Assembly (NCBI GenBank): GCA_963812955.1 | Contig: CAWEXC010000005.1 | Coordinates: forward strand, 283,638-347,637 | DNA: 64,000 nucleotides | Source of the DNA: an uncultured Solirubrobacterales bacterium | GTDB taxonomy: Bacteria > Actinomycetota > Thermoleophilia > Solirubrobacterales > Solirubrobacteraceae | Direction: 5' to 3' | Shown here: positions 38,881 through 47,647 of the stretch, one piece after another | Layout of the letters: every line of letters begins with the position of its first letter | Position numbering within the stretch: position 1 is the stretch's first letter | The notes under the pieces: generated by a model | Seen by the model: only the letters and a program-made list of their open reading frames with translations | Databases searched by the model: none | Told to the model about the DNA's origin: nothing | Translations under genes and position numbers: made by a program

Positions 38881-40854
38881 CTACAGCCCCGCCAGCGCCT
38901 GCAGCAGCGAGTCGCCGTGCTTGGCGCAGAACGCGGGACCGATGCCGCGGATCTCGACCATCTCCTCGAGATTCGACGGGCGACGACGCAGGATCTCCTC
39001 CAGCACCGTGTTCGCGGCGACCGTGAACGCCGGCTTGCCCTCCGCCTGGCCGAGGCGCCACTCCCTGAGCTTCTCGTACTGCGCCTCGTCCACGGGGTCG
39101 GGCAGCTGCGATGGCGGGGCGGGAGACTCCGGGGAGCCGTTGAGCGTTGATCCAGCCGCCCGCGCGCGCTTCGTGCCGTGCGCCCCCGCGGCCAGTGCAC
39201 GCTCCAGCTCCGGGTCGGGGTCGCACACGCTGCAGCAGCGGCCCTCCCGCGCGCCTTCCTGGGAGTCGCCGAAGTGCTCGAGGATCTGCCGGCGGCGGCA
39301 CTCCTCGGCGTTGGCGATGAACCGCTCGATCGCGCGGTAGGACTCCCATCCGCGGTCCTTAGCCGCCTTGATCGCGGCATATGCGGCGCGGCCGTCCAGC
39401 TGGCCGGTGAGGCGCACCCGCAGCACCCCGCGCGCGCCCGGCTGCAGCTCGGCCGCGCCCGCGCGCTCGGCGATCGACAGCAGCACCCGCTCGGTGTCGT
39501 CCAGCTCCCGCGGCGCGATCTCCGCCACCCCCTGCTGCGCGCGGCGGCTCAGACGATTGACGTATGCGCGTACGTCCTCCACGCTCGACTGACGCTCGGT
39601 GTTGAAGCGGATCAACCTACCGAGATCCATCCGCGAGGCCAGCAGCAACGCCCGTGCGGGCTTTCCGTCGCGTCCCCCGCGGCCCGCCTCCTGGTAGTAA
39701 GCCTCCAGGCTGGTCGGGATCGCCCAGTGCGCGACGGTGCGCACATCCGCCTTGTCCACGCCCATCCCGAACGCGTTGGTCGCGACCACGACCTCGGCCC
39801 CGCCGTCCATAAACGCCTCCTGCGCGCGGCGGCGCTGCGCCGGGGAGAGACCGGCGTGGTAGGCGACCGTGGCAATCCCCTTCCCTGCGATCAGCTCCGC
39901 CACCTCCTCGGTGTCTTTGCGCGTCCCGCAGTACACGATCGCCGGGCGCGCGTCGGCGCTCTGGAGCGCGTGCAGCAGCGCCGCGCGCTTGCGCGCCACC
40001 GCTCCCTTGCCTTCGACCCTTACCACGTCGAAAGCGAGGTTGGGCCGGTCGAAGCCCGAGCTCACCGACACCCACTCCCGCAGCCCAAGCTTCGCCGCGA
40101 TCTCAGCTGCCACCCGCGGAGTGGCGGTGGCCGTGGCCGCCATCACCGGGGGCCGCCCCAATGCGGCGATCGCACCGTGCAGGCGCAGGTAGTCGGGGCG
40201 GAAATCGTGGCCCCACTCCGCCACGCAGTGCGCCTCGTCCACCACGAACAGCCCCACCTTGCGGGTTCCCAGCGCCTCTCTGAAGGCACGCGAGGCGAAG
40301 CGCTCCGGCGCCGCCAGCACCAGCTGCGCCCAGCCCGACTCGATGTCCAGCAACGCGCGCGCGTTGTGGCCCTCTTCCATCCCCGACGCCAGCATCACCG
40401 CCTTCACGCCCGTCTCCTCCAGTCGCTTCCACTGGTCGTTCATCAGCGCGATCAGCGGGCTCACAACTACCACCAACCCTCTCCCCGCAAGGGCGGGCAG
40501 CTGGTAGCACAAGGACTTCCCCGCACCCGTCGGCATCACCACCAGCGTGTCCCGCCCCTCGAGCGCCGCCGCCACCGCCTCGCGCTGGCCCGCGCGGAAC
40601 GTCGCCAGACCAAAGCGCGCCAGCAGCTCCTCTGGAGGCGGCGGCGGGGCGGCGTCCTGCGACTGGGCGTCGACCAGCTCCTTGAGCTGGCGCGCGGCAG
40701 CGCCCAGCGTCGCGCGCTGCTCGGTGTTGAGCGTGCCCCACAGCTCCCGTGCCTGGGCGAGCACCCCGCGCGCGCGGGCACACGCCAGCGGGTCGCCCGG
40801 AGGCTGTTCGAGCTCCCGCCCCGCGGCTTCGATCGCCTGCAATATCTCCTTCAT
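38881..40854 (-). CDS. recQ: RecQ-family ATP-dependent DNA helicase with HRDC domain
   Basis: MPTGAGKSLCYQLP, VDEAHCVAEWGHDFRP, ATATA, ATNAFGMGVDK, YYQEAGRGGRDG, CRR...HFG...CCSVC, HRDC (LREWR...PAFTV...GIGP). Confidence 0.93.
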   Translation of the reverse strand: MKEILQAIEAAGRELEQPPGDPLACARARGVLAQARELWGTLNTEQRATLGAAARQLKELVDAQSQDAAPPPPPEELLARFGLATFRAGQREAVAAALEGRDTLVVMPTGAGKSLCYQLPALAGRGLVVVVSPLIALMNDQWKRLEETGVKAVMLASGMEEGHNARALLDIESGWAQLVLAAPERFASRAFREALGTRKVGLFVVDEAHCVAEWGHDFRPDYLRLHGAIAALGRPPVMAATATATPRVAAEIAAKLGLREWVSVSSGFDRPNLAFDVVRVEGKGAVARKRAALLHALQSADARPAIVYCGTRKDTEEVAELIAGKGIATVAYHAGLSPAQRRRAQEAFMDGGAEVVVATNAFGMGVDKADVRTVAHWAIPTSLEAYYQEAGRGGRDGKPARALLLASRMDLGRLIRFNTERQSSVEDVRAYVNRLSRRAQQGVAEIAPRELDDTERVLLSIAERAGAAELQPGARGVLRVRLTGQLDGRAAYAAIKAAKDRGWESYRAIERFIANAEECRRRQILEHFGDSQEGAREGRCCSVCDPDPELERALAAGAHGTKRARAAGSTLNGSPESPAPPSQLPDPVDEAQYEKLREWRLGQAEGKPAFTVAANTVLEEILRRRPSNLEEMVEIRGIGPAFCAKHGDSLLQALAGL

Positions 40855-40905
40855 GCCCCGACCGTAGCGCTCGCTCCGGCCGGTACGCTCGCCCGACGCC
40901 GGCAA

Positions 40906-43776
40906 TCAGCGGCGGGCGGCCTTCTTGCCCTTGGCTGGTTTCTTGTGCTTCTTATGCCGCTTGCGCTTGTGCGTCTTGCGCGTGACCTTCGCTTTGGGCG
41001 GGCAGCCGGTGATCGCGACCTTCGTCGTCTGCTTGACCTCCGCCCCGTTCTGCCCGATGATCGTCGTCGGCATCGAGAGGCTGCTGGACCCGCACAGTCC
41101 GCCTTTCGGCTTGAGCGTCGCGAGCGCCGAGTTGGGCTTCTCGGGCAGGTTGGCTTCGAAGCTCGAGATCGGCGCGTCCGGCACCGTCCCAAACGTGCTG
41201 GAGGTGATTTTCGTTTTCGCGTTGATGTGCGTTTCGCCGGCCAGGTCGATCGTCACGCCGTCGCCCTGCAGCACGAACACTAGTTCCGGGTATTCCTTCC
41301 CGCCATGAGACACGAAGTACGCCGGGCCTTCCAGCGGCACCGGTAGTACGGGCGTGTGGGCGATCCCCGTACCCACGTCGGATGACGATGGGCAGTTCGC
41401 CGGGTTCGCGTCGAACGTCGCTTCCGTGCACGCTTTCTGCAGCGTGCTCAGCCGTGCCGGGAGCTTTTCCGGCAGTTCCAGGTGCACCGAGCGGATCCCC
41501 GCTTCACCGGTGCGCTGGGTGACTTTGACGTTCAGCGACGCCCCATTGCCGATCTCGCTGGCGTTGCCTTGCGTCGTCCCCACGAGGGAAGGCTTGAACG
41601 GGAGGGCCGCGCAGTTGGCCGCTTGAAAGCGGCTGGACGGCGAGGCGGTTGTGCCTTCAGTGCTCGTGATCGACGACGTCACGTGGAATTCTTCGCAATT
41701 GGTCGGGTTGAACGTGAATTCGCCGCGGTTGATGTCCATGTTGACCGTCCGGACATCGAGCGGTACGCCTTCGAGGATGGTCGGGAGCTGCCCGCTGGCG
41801 ACCGTCAGGGCGCCTGTCTTTGGGTTCACGGCGATCGACGCGCGAACGATCTCACGGCCCGGCCCACCGTTCCCGGTGAGCGTGAATGGCCCGGCGACCG
41901 TTGGAACCACGATCGAGAGGCCGAACGGCTGGTTGCTGTAAGGGCCGGTCAGGTAGACCTTGCCGCCTTTGACCCAGTACGGATCTTCGCCGGGACCCAC
42001 CGCCACGGTCGTTTCGCCGATGCTGCTTGCTTCGCCGCAGGTACCCTGGCTCGCCTGTGGTTCCTGGCAGAGCGGGACCTTGGATAGCATGCCCAGGAGG
42101 CCCGGGGGGGTCGTTATCGTGACACCGCTTAGATTCTGCTCGCCGTTGTTGCGGTCAATCGTCACGGTCTCGGGGCTGAAGCCTCCCGCCTGGGGATTCG
42201 TGGTGCCGGCCGTCAGCGTGGGGGAGAAGCCGCGGGGGCCACAGCCTGAAGAGACGGAGAAACTACTACCCGGTTCGGCTGCCGGGTTGCCGTCCCATGG
42301 GGTCATTCGCGACGTCGTGGCGTAAGTCCCGCACGAGGGGCCTGTCATCAGCGACGCACGCGCCCCGCCGAAGAGGCGCATCCGCAATTCGCTGAACGGC
42401 AGCTGCGGCAAATAGAACCCGGTCGTGGGATCCTTGCCGAACCGCGCGTCGATCTGGCCCGTGACCGGATCCAGGCGCACTTCGCCCGGGAGCTTCACAA
42501 GCGCCCCGCTGCCTTCCGCTACCAAATACAGTGCGAACAACGACCCAAACGGGTTGGAGCCCACGCCCGCGAGGTTGCCCTGCTGCGCCAGATACATCGC
42601 ACCCTTCAGCGGCGCTTCCAAGAGCGGCGTGAGCACTTCGACCGTGCCAAGCTTGGAGTCGTCCGGGCACGACGGTACATCGGCATTGTTCAACCCAATC
42701 TGCGCTTCCGAGCACGCACCGAGGCCGTTCGCCGCCGAGGGAGAAACCGTCAGGCCAGCGGGCAACGTCACCACCGCTTCCTTCAAGTCAGACTCGGCCA
42801 GCCCCGCCAGGCCTTCTTCCTGTGGAATCTTCAGGTTGACTTCCAGGCCCGCCGGGGATTCCGCCGCCGGTGAGGCCGGTTCCACCGGCTTCGCCGAGAG
42901 AGTCGGGGAGAACCCGAGCTTTTCGCATTCGACGAGTGCGGGCAATTCCGCCACCGGTCCTTCGACGAACTGCGGTTCCTGCCACGAGTCGGCGCTCACA
43001 GTCGCTGTCAACGGCGTGCCCGTGCATGTCGTTGGCATCGTTAGGAATGGCCTTTCAGTCACTTCTTCCAGGGGACAGAAACCGCCGTGTTCGGCGCACG
43101 CGCCGCGCTGTTCGTCGTGACTTGTAGCAGCAGGGTCACCCCACAGGGTCACGGTCACACTCGACGCACCTACCTTCTGGGTGATTTCAGCTACATCGGC
43201 CGACAGTCCGTAGTCGCCGCCCGTGCGTACTTCGCCGAACAGGTTAATAAAATAACCCGGCAGCCCGAGCGCATCGAATGCGAACTCGGCCGGCCGGCCG
43301 GGCGGCGGAACCATGTTGTATAGAGCATTTGTGCCTTCGGCTCCTTCCAGCAAGTCCGATTTCACCGTGACGACACCCACCGCCGACGCTGCCGGACAGC
43401 CGGCTTCGCTCTCGAGCTGCCCCTCGGTGCACTTGCGACTCGTCGCTGCGGGATTTACGACGATGCCGGCCGGCAGGTTGACCTTTACCTCTCGCGTGTC
43501 GCCGTTGGGGACCAGACCGCCAAACCCGTATCCTTCCTGCGCAGCCGTCACCGGTTCGCTCTTGAAGACGATCGTCGTGGTCATCGCATAGGGGTGCCCG
43601 CCCGCCCCCGTGGCGGGTACGAGTTCTTCAGCGTCGTTCATGGTCGTGATCGTGTTTTCGAACTTTTCGATCCCAAACGGCTCGCTTGCCCACACAGCGC
43701 CAGCGAATAGAAGCCCAATCAGCAGTGCCACCATTGCAGTCGCAAAAAGAGCCTTGATCGCAGATACCTTCGACAT
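40906..43776 (-). CDS. Cassette protein B, copy 3
   Basis: Aligns throughout with 31630..34605 (GAGGHPY, VRTGGDYG, NPFGSL, FNPTNC, ARLSTLQKAC); tail GCPPKAKVTRKTHKRKRHKKHKK; TGATG coupling to protein A at 43776. Confidence 0.88.
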   Translation of the reverse strand: MSKVSAIKALFATAMVALLIGLLFAGAVWASEPFGIEKFENTITTMNDAEELVPATGAGGHPYAMTTTIVFKSEPVTAAQEGYGFGGLVPNGDTREVKVNLPAGIVVNPAATSRKCTEGQLESEAGCPAASAVGVVTVKSDLLEGAEGTNALYNMVPPPGRPAEFAFDALGLPGYFINLFGEVRTGGDYGLSADVAEITQKVGASSVTVTLWGDPAATSHDEQRGACAEHGGFCPLEEVTERPFLTMPTTCTGTPLTATVSADSWQEPQFVEGPVAELPALVECEKLGFSPTLSAKPVEPASPAAESPAGLEVNLKIPQEEGLAGLAESDLKEAVVTLPAGLTVSPSAANGLGACSEAQIGLNNADVPSCPDDSKLGTVEVLTPLLEAPLKGAMYLAQQGNLAGVGSNPFGSLFALYLVAEGSGALVKLPGEVRLDPVTGQIDARFGKDPTTGFYLPQLPFSELRMRLFGGARASLMTGPSCGTYATTSRMTPWDGNPAAEPGSSFSVSSGCGPRGFSPTLTAGTTNPQAGGFSPETVTIDRNNGEQNLSGVTITTPPGLLGMLSKVPLCQEPQASQGTCGEASSIGETTVAVGPGEDPYWVKGGKVYLTGPYSNQPFGLSIVVPTVAGPFTLTGNGGPGREIVRASIAVNPKTGALTVASGQLPTILEGVPLDVRTVNMDINRGEFTFNPTNCEEFHVTSSITSTEGTTASPSSRFQAANCAALPFKPSLVGTTQGNASEIGNGASLNVKVTQRTGEAGIRSVHLELPEKLPARLSTLQKACTEATFDANPANCPSSSDVGTGIAHTPVLPVPLEGPAYFVSHGGKEYPELVFVLQGDGVTIDLAGETHINAKTKITSSTFGTVPDAPISSFEANLPEKPNSALATLKPKGGLCGSSSLSMPTTIIGQNGAEVKQTTKVAITGCPPKAKVTRKTHKRKRHKKHKKPAKGKKAARR

Positions 43777-46091
43777 CACTTGCCCTCCCCGTTGCTCTTC
43801 TTCGCTGTCGTGCCATACTTCCTCTGCGCCTGCGCCCTGCATCTGGCGCGCTTACTCTTCGGCTTCCGCTTACACGCCTTCTGTGCCCCTGCGAGCTTCT
43901 GCGCGCGTGTCAAGACCTTTGTTTTCGGTTTGACCGCCTGCGATTCCGCTGACAGCGTGAGGTTGCCGTTCCCCGACAGTGTCACGCTCGACGGCACGCC
44001 GAACACGGGCGCGGTCGTCGACTCGTCGTGACACGTTTCGCTTTCGCACGAGCCCGGCGGAGCCGCGTTCTGGCTTTCGAACCCTCCACCCACTCGCGCG
44101 TCGTAGATGTCCGCGTTGTCGTCGCGGTCCTGAGCGACCAGCGACTGTCTCGCGAAGAAGAAGACGTTGCTCCCGGTCGCGCTGGCGTCGCCGAAGTAGG
44201 ATTCTTCCGGACTGCTTCCTGTCGAGATCAGATACAGGCAGCCACCACTCTCCTGCACTTCGCCGGCGGCGCAGCCGCCTTCGCCTTCGCCCTCCCACTC
44301 ATACACGTCCATCTTGTGATTTCCGTCTCCCGCTGTGAGGGCTTCTTCGGTCTGAAAAAAGACACGACTTCCATCGGTCGAGAGGTTGTTTGTCAAATGG
44401 GGGTGGTATGCTTCTAGGCTAAGGGCTACTACGCTCTTGGCCAGATACGCGACGTGCGTGGTGCCTTCTTTGGTGTCTATTTTTGGGTCACAGGAAACGC
44501 AACCTGGGTTGCTGGATGACAGCGGCTGCGTCGCGTTGTACACATAAAGCTCAAAATTGCCATTGATCTTGTAGTTCGTAATTTGATTGACCGTGTTGAA
44601 CAGCACCGTTGTGCCGTCTGGCGTGACGCGAGAGCTCTTTAGGCCTTCGGCTGGTCCACCCGTTTCGGTGCGACCCGTCCAGTTGGTAATGTCGCGGTTA
44701 CGGCGGAATCCCGTGATGAACCGCGTTTGACCATTGTGCCATTCATACAGGTTGGGCTGCCCAAGCACGGCCTTTTCTTTTTCGCCGGTCCCCGGTTCGA
44801 TCACATGACCATTTTCGTTCGAGGCCAGCACACCCCCGGCGACGAAATAGGCATATGAGCCGTCATTGGAGACTCCGAGGGTGCCCGCGATCTGCGCTTC
44901 GCCGATTGTGATGGCTTCGCGTTCCTCCCCTTGAACCGCGAACCTGTAGAGCTCTCTATTGGCCCCTTCGCCTTCCGTGTAGAAGACATATTCGCCGTCG
45001 GGAGTGGAGGCTCGCCAGTAGGCCGGTGCCACACCGCTCGATACCGCGACCGTCCGTCCCGCGGTCGGTTCGCGCATGTAGATCTGTCCCGTCTCCACGT
45101 CGGTGAAGAAAACGCGCGAACCGTCTTCAGAGATTGCATCCTGCAAGAGAAAACCCGAACCGCTAGTGGCGCCTCCGGGAAGTTCAGCAGAGGCCACCAA
45201 GCCGAATTCAGATTCCGCGATCGCGGGGCCGCCCGGGCCGGCGACTGCCCCATCCGCGGGAGCTTCGCACGCCGGTCCAGATAGGCCGCACGACCGGTCA
45301 CCTGCGGGAGGCACGAGCCCGGCCAGCTTCACCACGCCGTTTTTCCATTCATAGAGGTTGGTGCCGGCTTCCGGTTCTTCTTTGTCTTCCGAGTTGAGGA
45401 ACGAAGTCGCCTTCTCGGTTAGCTTATGCCTATCCTCGAACAGGATCGTGGAGTCATCGCGCGATGAGTCGGCGAAATGTGCGCGTCCATCGGGAGCCAG
45501 CAGCCGATATTCTCCGCTGACGTTGCTGCGTATGTAGGCGTACGATTCGCCTAGCGTAGCCTTCTCGACCGTGCCTTCTTCACCTTCGATCGACGGTGCT
45601 TCGCCGAGTAGAGGCCCGGCGGGGCCGACTTCGACAATCGCGTAGTCGAGGTCTTCGGTCAGCGCCGCTACTCCCGCAAGCGATGGCGGATTGGACGGTG
45701 GCAACAACCCCTGCGTCGACCATCCACCGGCGGCGTTGCTACTCAGATACGTGGGGAATTCGCCTGCCCCGCCCACGCCCGGAAAGGGCAACAGCGAGAA
45801 ATAAGACACACTTTCCCCCGACGGCGAACTCTCTGTGTGCGTGGGTCCGCCCAGTGCATCCGCACCATTCTTCTCCACCGGCGAGACCTGCTCATACGCC
45901 CGGCAGTCCGGCAGCGCCGAGCCGTAGGGCTCCACCTTGCGCAGCGCTTCGTTAGGGCATTCCGCCGCCGATGCGACCAGCGGCGTTACCCATAGTGCCA
46001 GAATCGCAAGAACAGCCAGCGCAATAGCCACACGACCCGCCCGGAATTCGGCCCGTCGGGTCCGCCCAACGCGTCCACCCTTTGTTCTCAT
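43776..46091 (-). CDS. Cassette protein A, copy 3
   Basis: CPNEALR, LPDCRAYEQVSP, ISEDGSRVFF, DVYEWE, DIYDARVGGG, tail RAQKLA.A.KACKRKPKSKRARC; SD GGAGGAGAGG before ATG 46091. Confidence 0.87.
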   Translation of the reverse strand: MRTKGGRVGRTRRAEFRAGRVAIALAVLAILALWVTPLVASAAECPNEALRKVEPYGSALPDCRAYEQVSPVEKNGADALGGPTHTESSPSGESVSYFSLLPFPGVGGAGEFPTYLSSNAAGGWSTQGLLPPSNPPSLAGVAALTEDLDYAIVEVGPAGPLLGEAPSIEGEEGTVEKATLGESYAYIRSNVSGEYRLLAPDGRAHFADSSRDDSTILFEDRHKLTEKATSFLNSEDKEEPEAGTNLYEWKNGVVKLAGLVPPAGDRSCGLSGPACEAPADGAVAGPGGPAIAESEFGLVASAELPGGATSGSGFLLQDAISEDGSRVFFTDVETGQIYMREPTAGRTVAVSSGVAPAYWRASTPDGEYVFYTEGEGANRELYRFAVQGEEREAITIGEAQIAGTLGVSNDGSYAYFVAGGVLASNENGHVIEPGTGEKEKAVLGQPNLYEWHNGQTRFITGFRRNRDITNWTGRTETGGPAEGLKSSRVTPDGTTVLFNTVNQITNYKINGNFELYVYNATQPLSSSNPGCVSCDPKIDTKEGTTHVAYLAKSVVALSLEAYHPHLTNNLSTDGSRVFFQTEEALTAGDGNHKMDVYEWEGEGEGGCAAGEVQESGGCLYLISTGSSPEESYFGDASATGSNVFFFARQSLVAQDRDDNADIYDARVGGGFESQNAAPPGSCESETCHDESTTAPVFGVPSSVTLSGNGNLTLSAESQAVKPKTKVLTRAQKLAGAQKACKRKPKSKRARCRAQAQRKYGTTAKKSNGEGK

Positions 46092-46232
46092 GTTGCTACC
46101 TCTCCTCCCCACCTCTACAGAATGATCTCGCCTGGATAGTGCTATAGGTCCCTGAAGTAAATCGCGTGCTGCTGACTTGGCGCGACAAAATAAAGGATTA
46201 TTCCATCATCAAATGGTTAGAAACGTGGGACG

Positions 46233-46269
46233 GGATGTGGGCCGCAAATGCTGCACGCGACCCACATCC
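46233..46269 (-). terminator. Intra-operonic hairpin between subunit C and protein A, cassette 3
   Basis: GGATGTGGG...CCCACATCC. Confidence 0.6.
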
Positions 46270-46307
46270 TTTCAAACATCCTTCAAATGTTACTTACGAT
46301 ATTCTGA

Positions 46308-46994
46308 CTATTTACTCGCTCGAAATGCGTCATGATCTTCAAGCTGGATCGACGCTTTTCCTTCGTAGGTGGCTGTCTTGGACCCGAATTTAAGTGTGCT
46401 GCCACTTGCTAGACAATTGATTTCGTGTAATCTTTTAAATACTTCACCTTCCGGTAGCCCGCACTTCTGTGTGCCGGTCACTTTTGTTTTGCTTTTCAAT
46501 GCGCACACTTCGATTGTAACAGTGGTGAATTCTCCCGATCCTGGCACTTCATAGAATTCGTCTTCAATTACACCAGCTTTTTCGACCAGTCTATCAAGCA
46601 CATTTGCTGTGATATTAGGCACTCTGCATTCCGCAGCGCCCACGATGCTGCATGCTTCATATTTAATGGTTGCTTCTGAGTTACCTGGAGCTTCGATTGT
46701 GCCTGTGATTCTATCCTTAGCGCACGTGACAGTTACGGCTGTGCTGCCGATTTCTGTTTTTAGATCCGCTAAGCCGCTCGTGCCTTCTATTTTTAAGACG
46801 CTGGGAAGTTCTTTAGCTTCCCATTCTTTGTTGCCACCTTCCGTCTTACATTCGCTTTCGGCAAATTTTCCTTTTCCTGCTTCGACTTTTAAGCAAACTA
46901 ACCAATGGGGCACCGCCATAGCCGAAGCCGACGCCAGCGCGCTGACCCCAACCACGGCAACCAGACTCATCAACATAAACGTGATACGTAACAT
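46308..46994 (-). CDS. Small secreted Cys-rich subunit C, cassette 3
   Basis: Signal peptide ...ASASAMA; 8 Cys; homologous core to 37282..38088 (CRVPNITANVLDRLVE...EFY...GSGEFTTV); markedly AT-rich. Confidence 0.85.
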   Translation of the reverse strand: MLRITFMLMSLVAVVGVSALASASAMAVPHWLVCLKVEAGKGKFAESECKTEGGNKEWEAKELPSVLKIEGTSGLADLKTEIGSTAVTVTCAKDRITGTIEAPGNSEATIKYEACSIVGAAECRVPNITANVLDRLVEKAGVIEDEFYEVPGSGEFTTVTIEVCALKSKTKVTGTQKCGLPEGEVFKRLHEINCLASGSTLKFGSKTATYEGKASIQLEDHDAFRASK

Positions 46995-47006
46995 CGTGTA
47001 GTACAC

Positions 47007-47360
47007 TCCTTCTGTCGTATGAGGCCCTGGGGCGCCTTTTGCTTTTGGAGTCGGGGCGTCCTGGGGCCAATATTGCTCTGCTCCCTATTTCTGACACGCA
47101 GAGGGTTTGGTTTGGGCCTCCCGGGACCGGTGCCCACGCTAGTGCGCGGCGCTGGTCGACGTGAGGCGCTGGGGACCCAGCCGAGAAGTCCGGACGGGTC
47201 TGCCAGAAAGCTCGTTGTGATGTTAGGGTCCTACTCCTCCTTCGTTGTCGTCTGCAAGCGAACTCGCCGCCTCGCACGCTGTTGTGTTGATCAGGTCGGC
47301 GCCTGAAGCGGATCGGACTCTCCCGGTCCCACCCCGAACGTCCTCCCTGTAATCGATTCC
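47007..47360 (-). ncRNA. Candidate conserved structured 5' leader RNA, copy 2
   Basis: Homologous to 38089-38445. Confidence 0.6.
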
Positions 47361-47445
47361 GTCTGCGCCCTGTTGGCTTGCTTTACCTGGCGCCGCCTGT
47401 GGCGCCGGGCAGCACCGCCAACCAGCGGGCGATCCGGACTTTATA

Positions 47446-47480
47446 TGTCAATGATAGTTGAGAGTCTGGCACTTTGTCAA
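47446..47480 (-). promoter_or_regulatory. Cassette 3 promoter with overlapping box
   Basis: TTGACA (47480-47475), N18, TATCAT (47456-47451), followed by TGACATAT. Confidence 0.75.
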
Positions 47481-47647
47481 CAGGCAATACGACGGAGAGG
47501 AGCGCACGCCAAGCGTCCCCTGCGCAGCGTGTCGGCCCGCGGGTGTGGCCGCCGTGGGCCGCAGCGCCCAGCGCGGTCGCTCGCTGCGCCGGCGCCTCGG
47601 TGCCTACCCCTCCCCCGACCCCCCTTGTGGGGGTCCTCCTCCCTACT

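Noticed and set aside
38881-40854. recQ as a functional part of the secreted cassettes
   Set aside because: Ordinary high-GC RecQ-HRDC gene; it merely separates two cassette copies and nothing in the sequence links it to them.
47170-47210. GGGGACCCA resembling the c-di-AMP (ydaO) riboswitch, and GGCAGACC / AGACCCGCC resembling c-di-GMP-I or cobalamin motifs
   Set aside because: GGGGACCCA is on the non-transcribed strand, and the other required consensus blocks of each class are absent by eye; cmscan is still needed.
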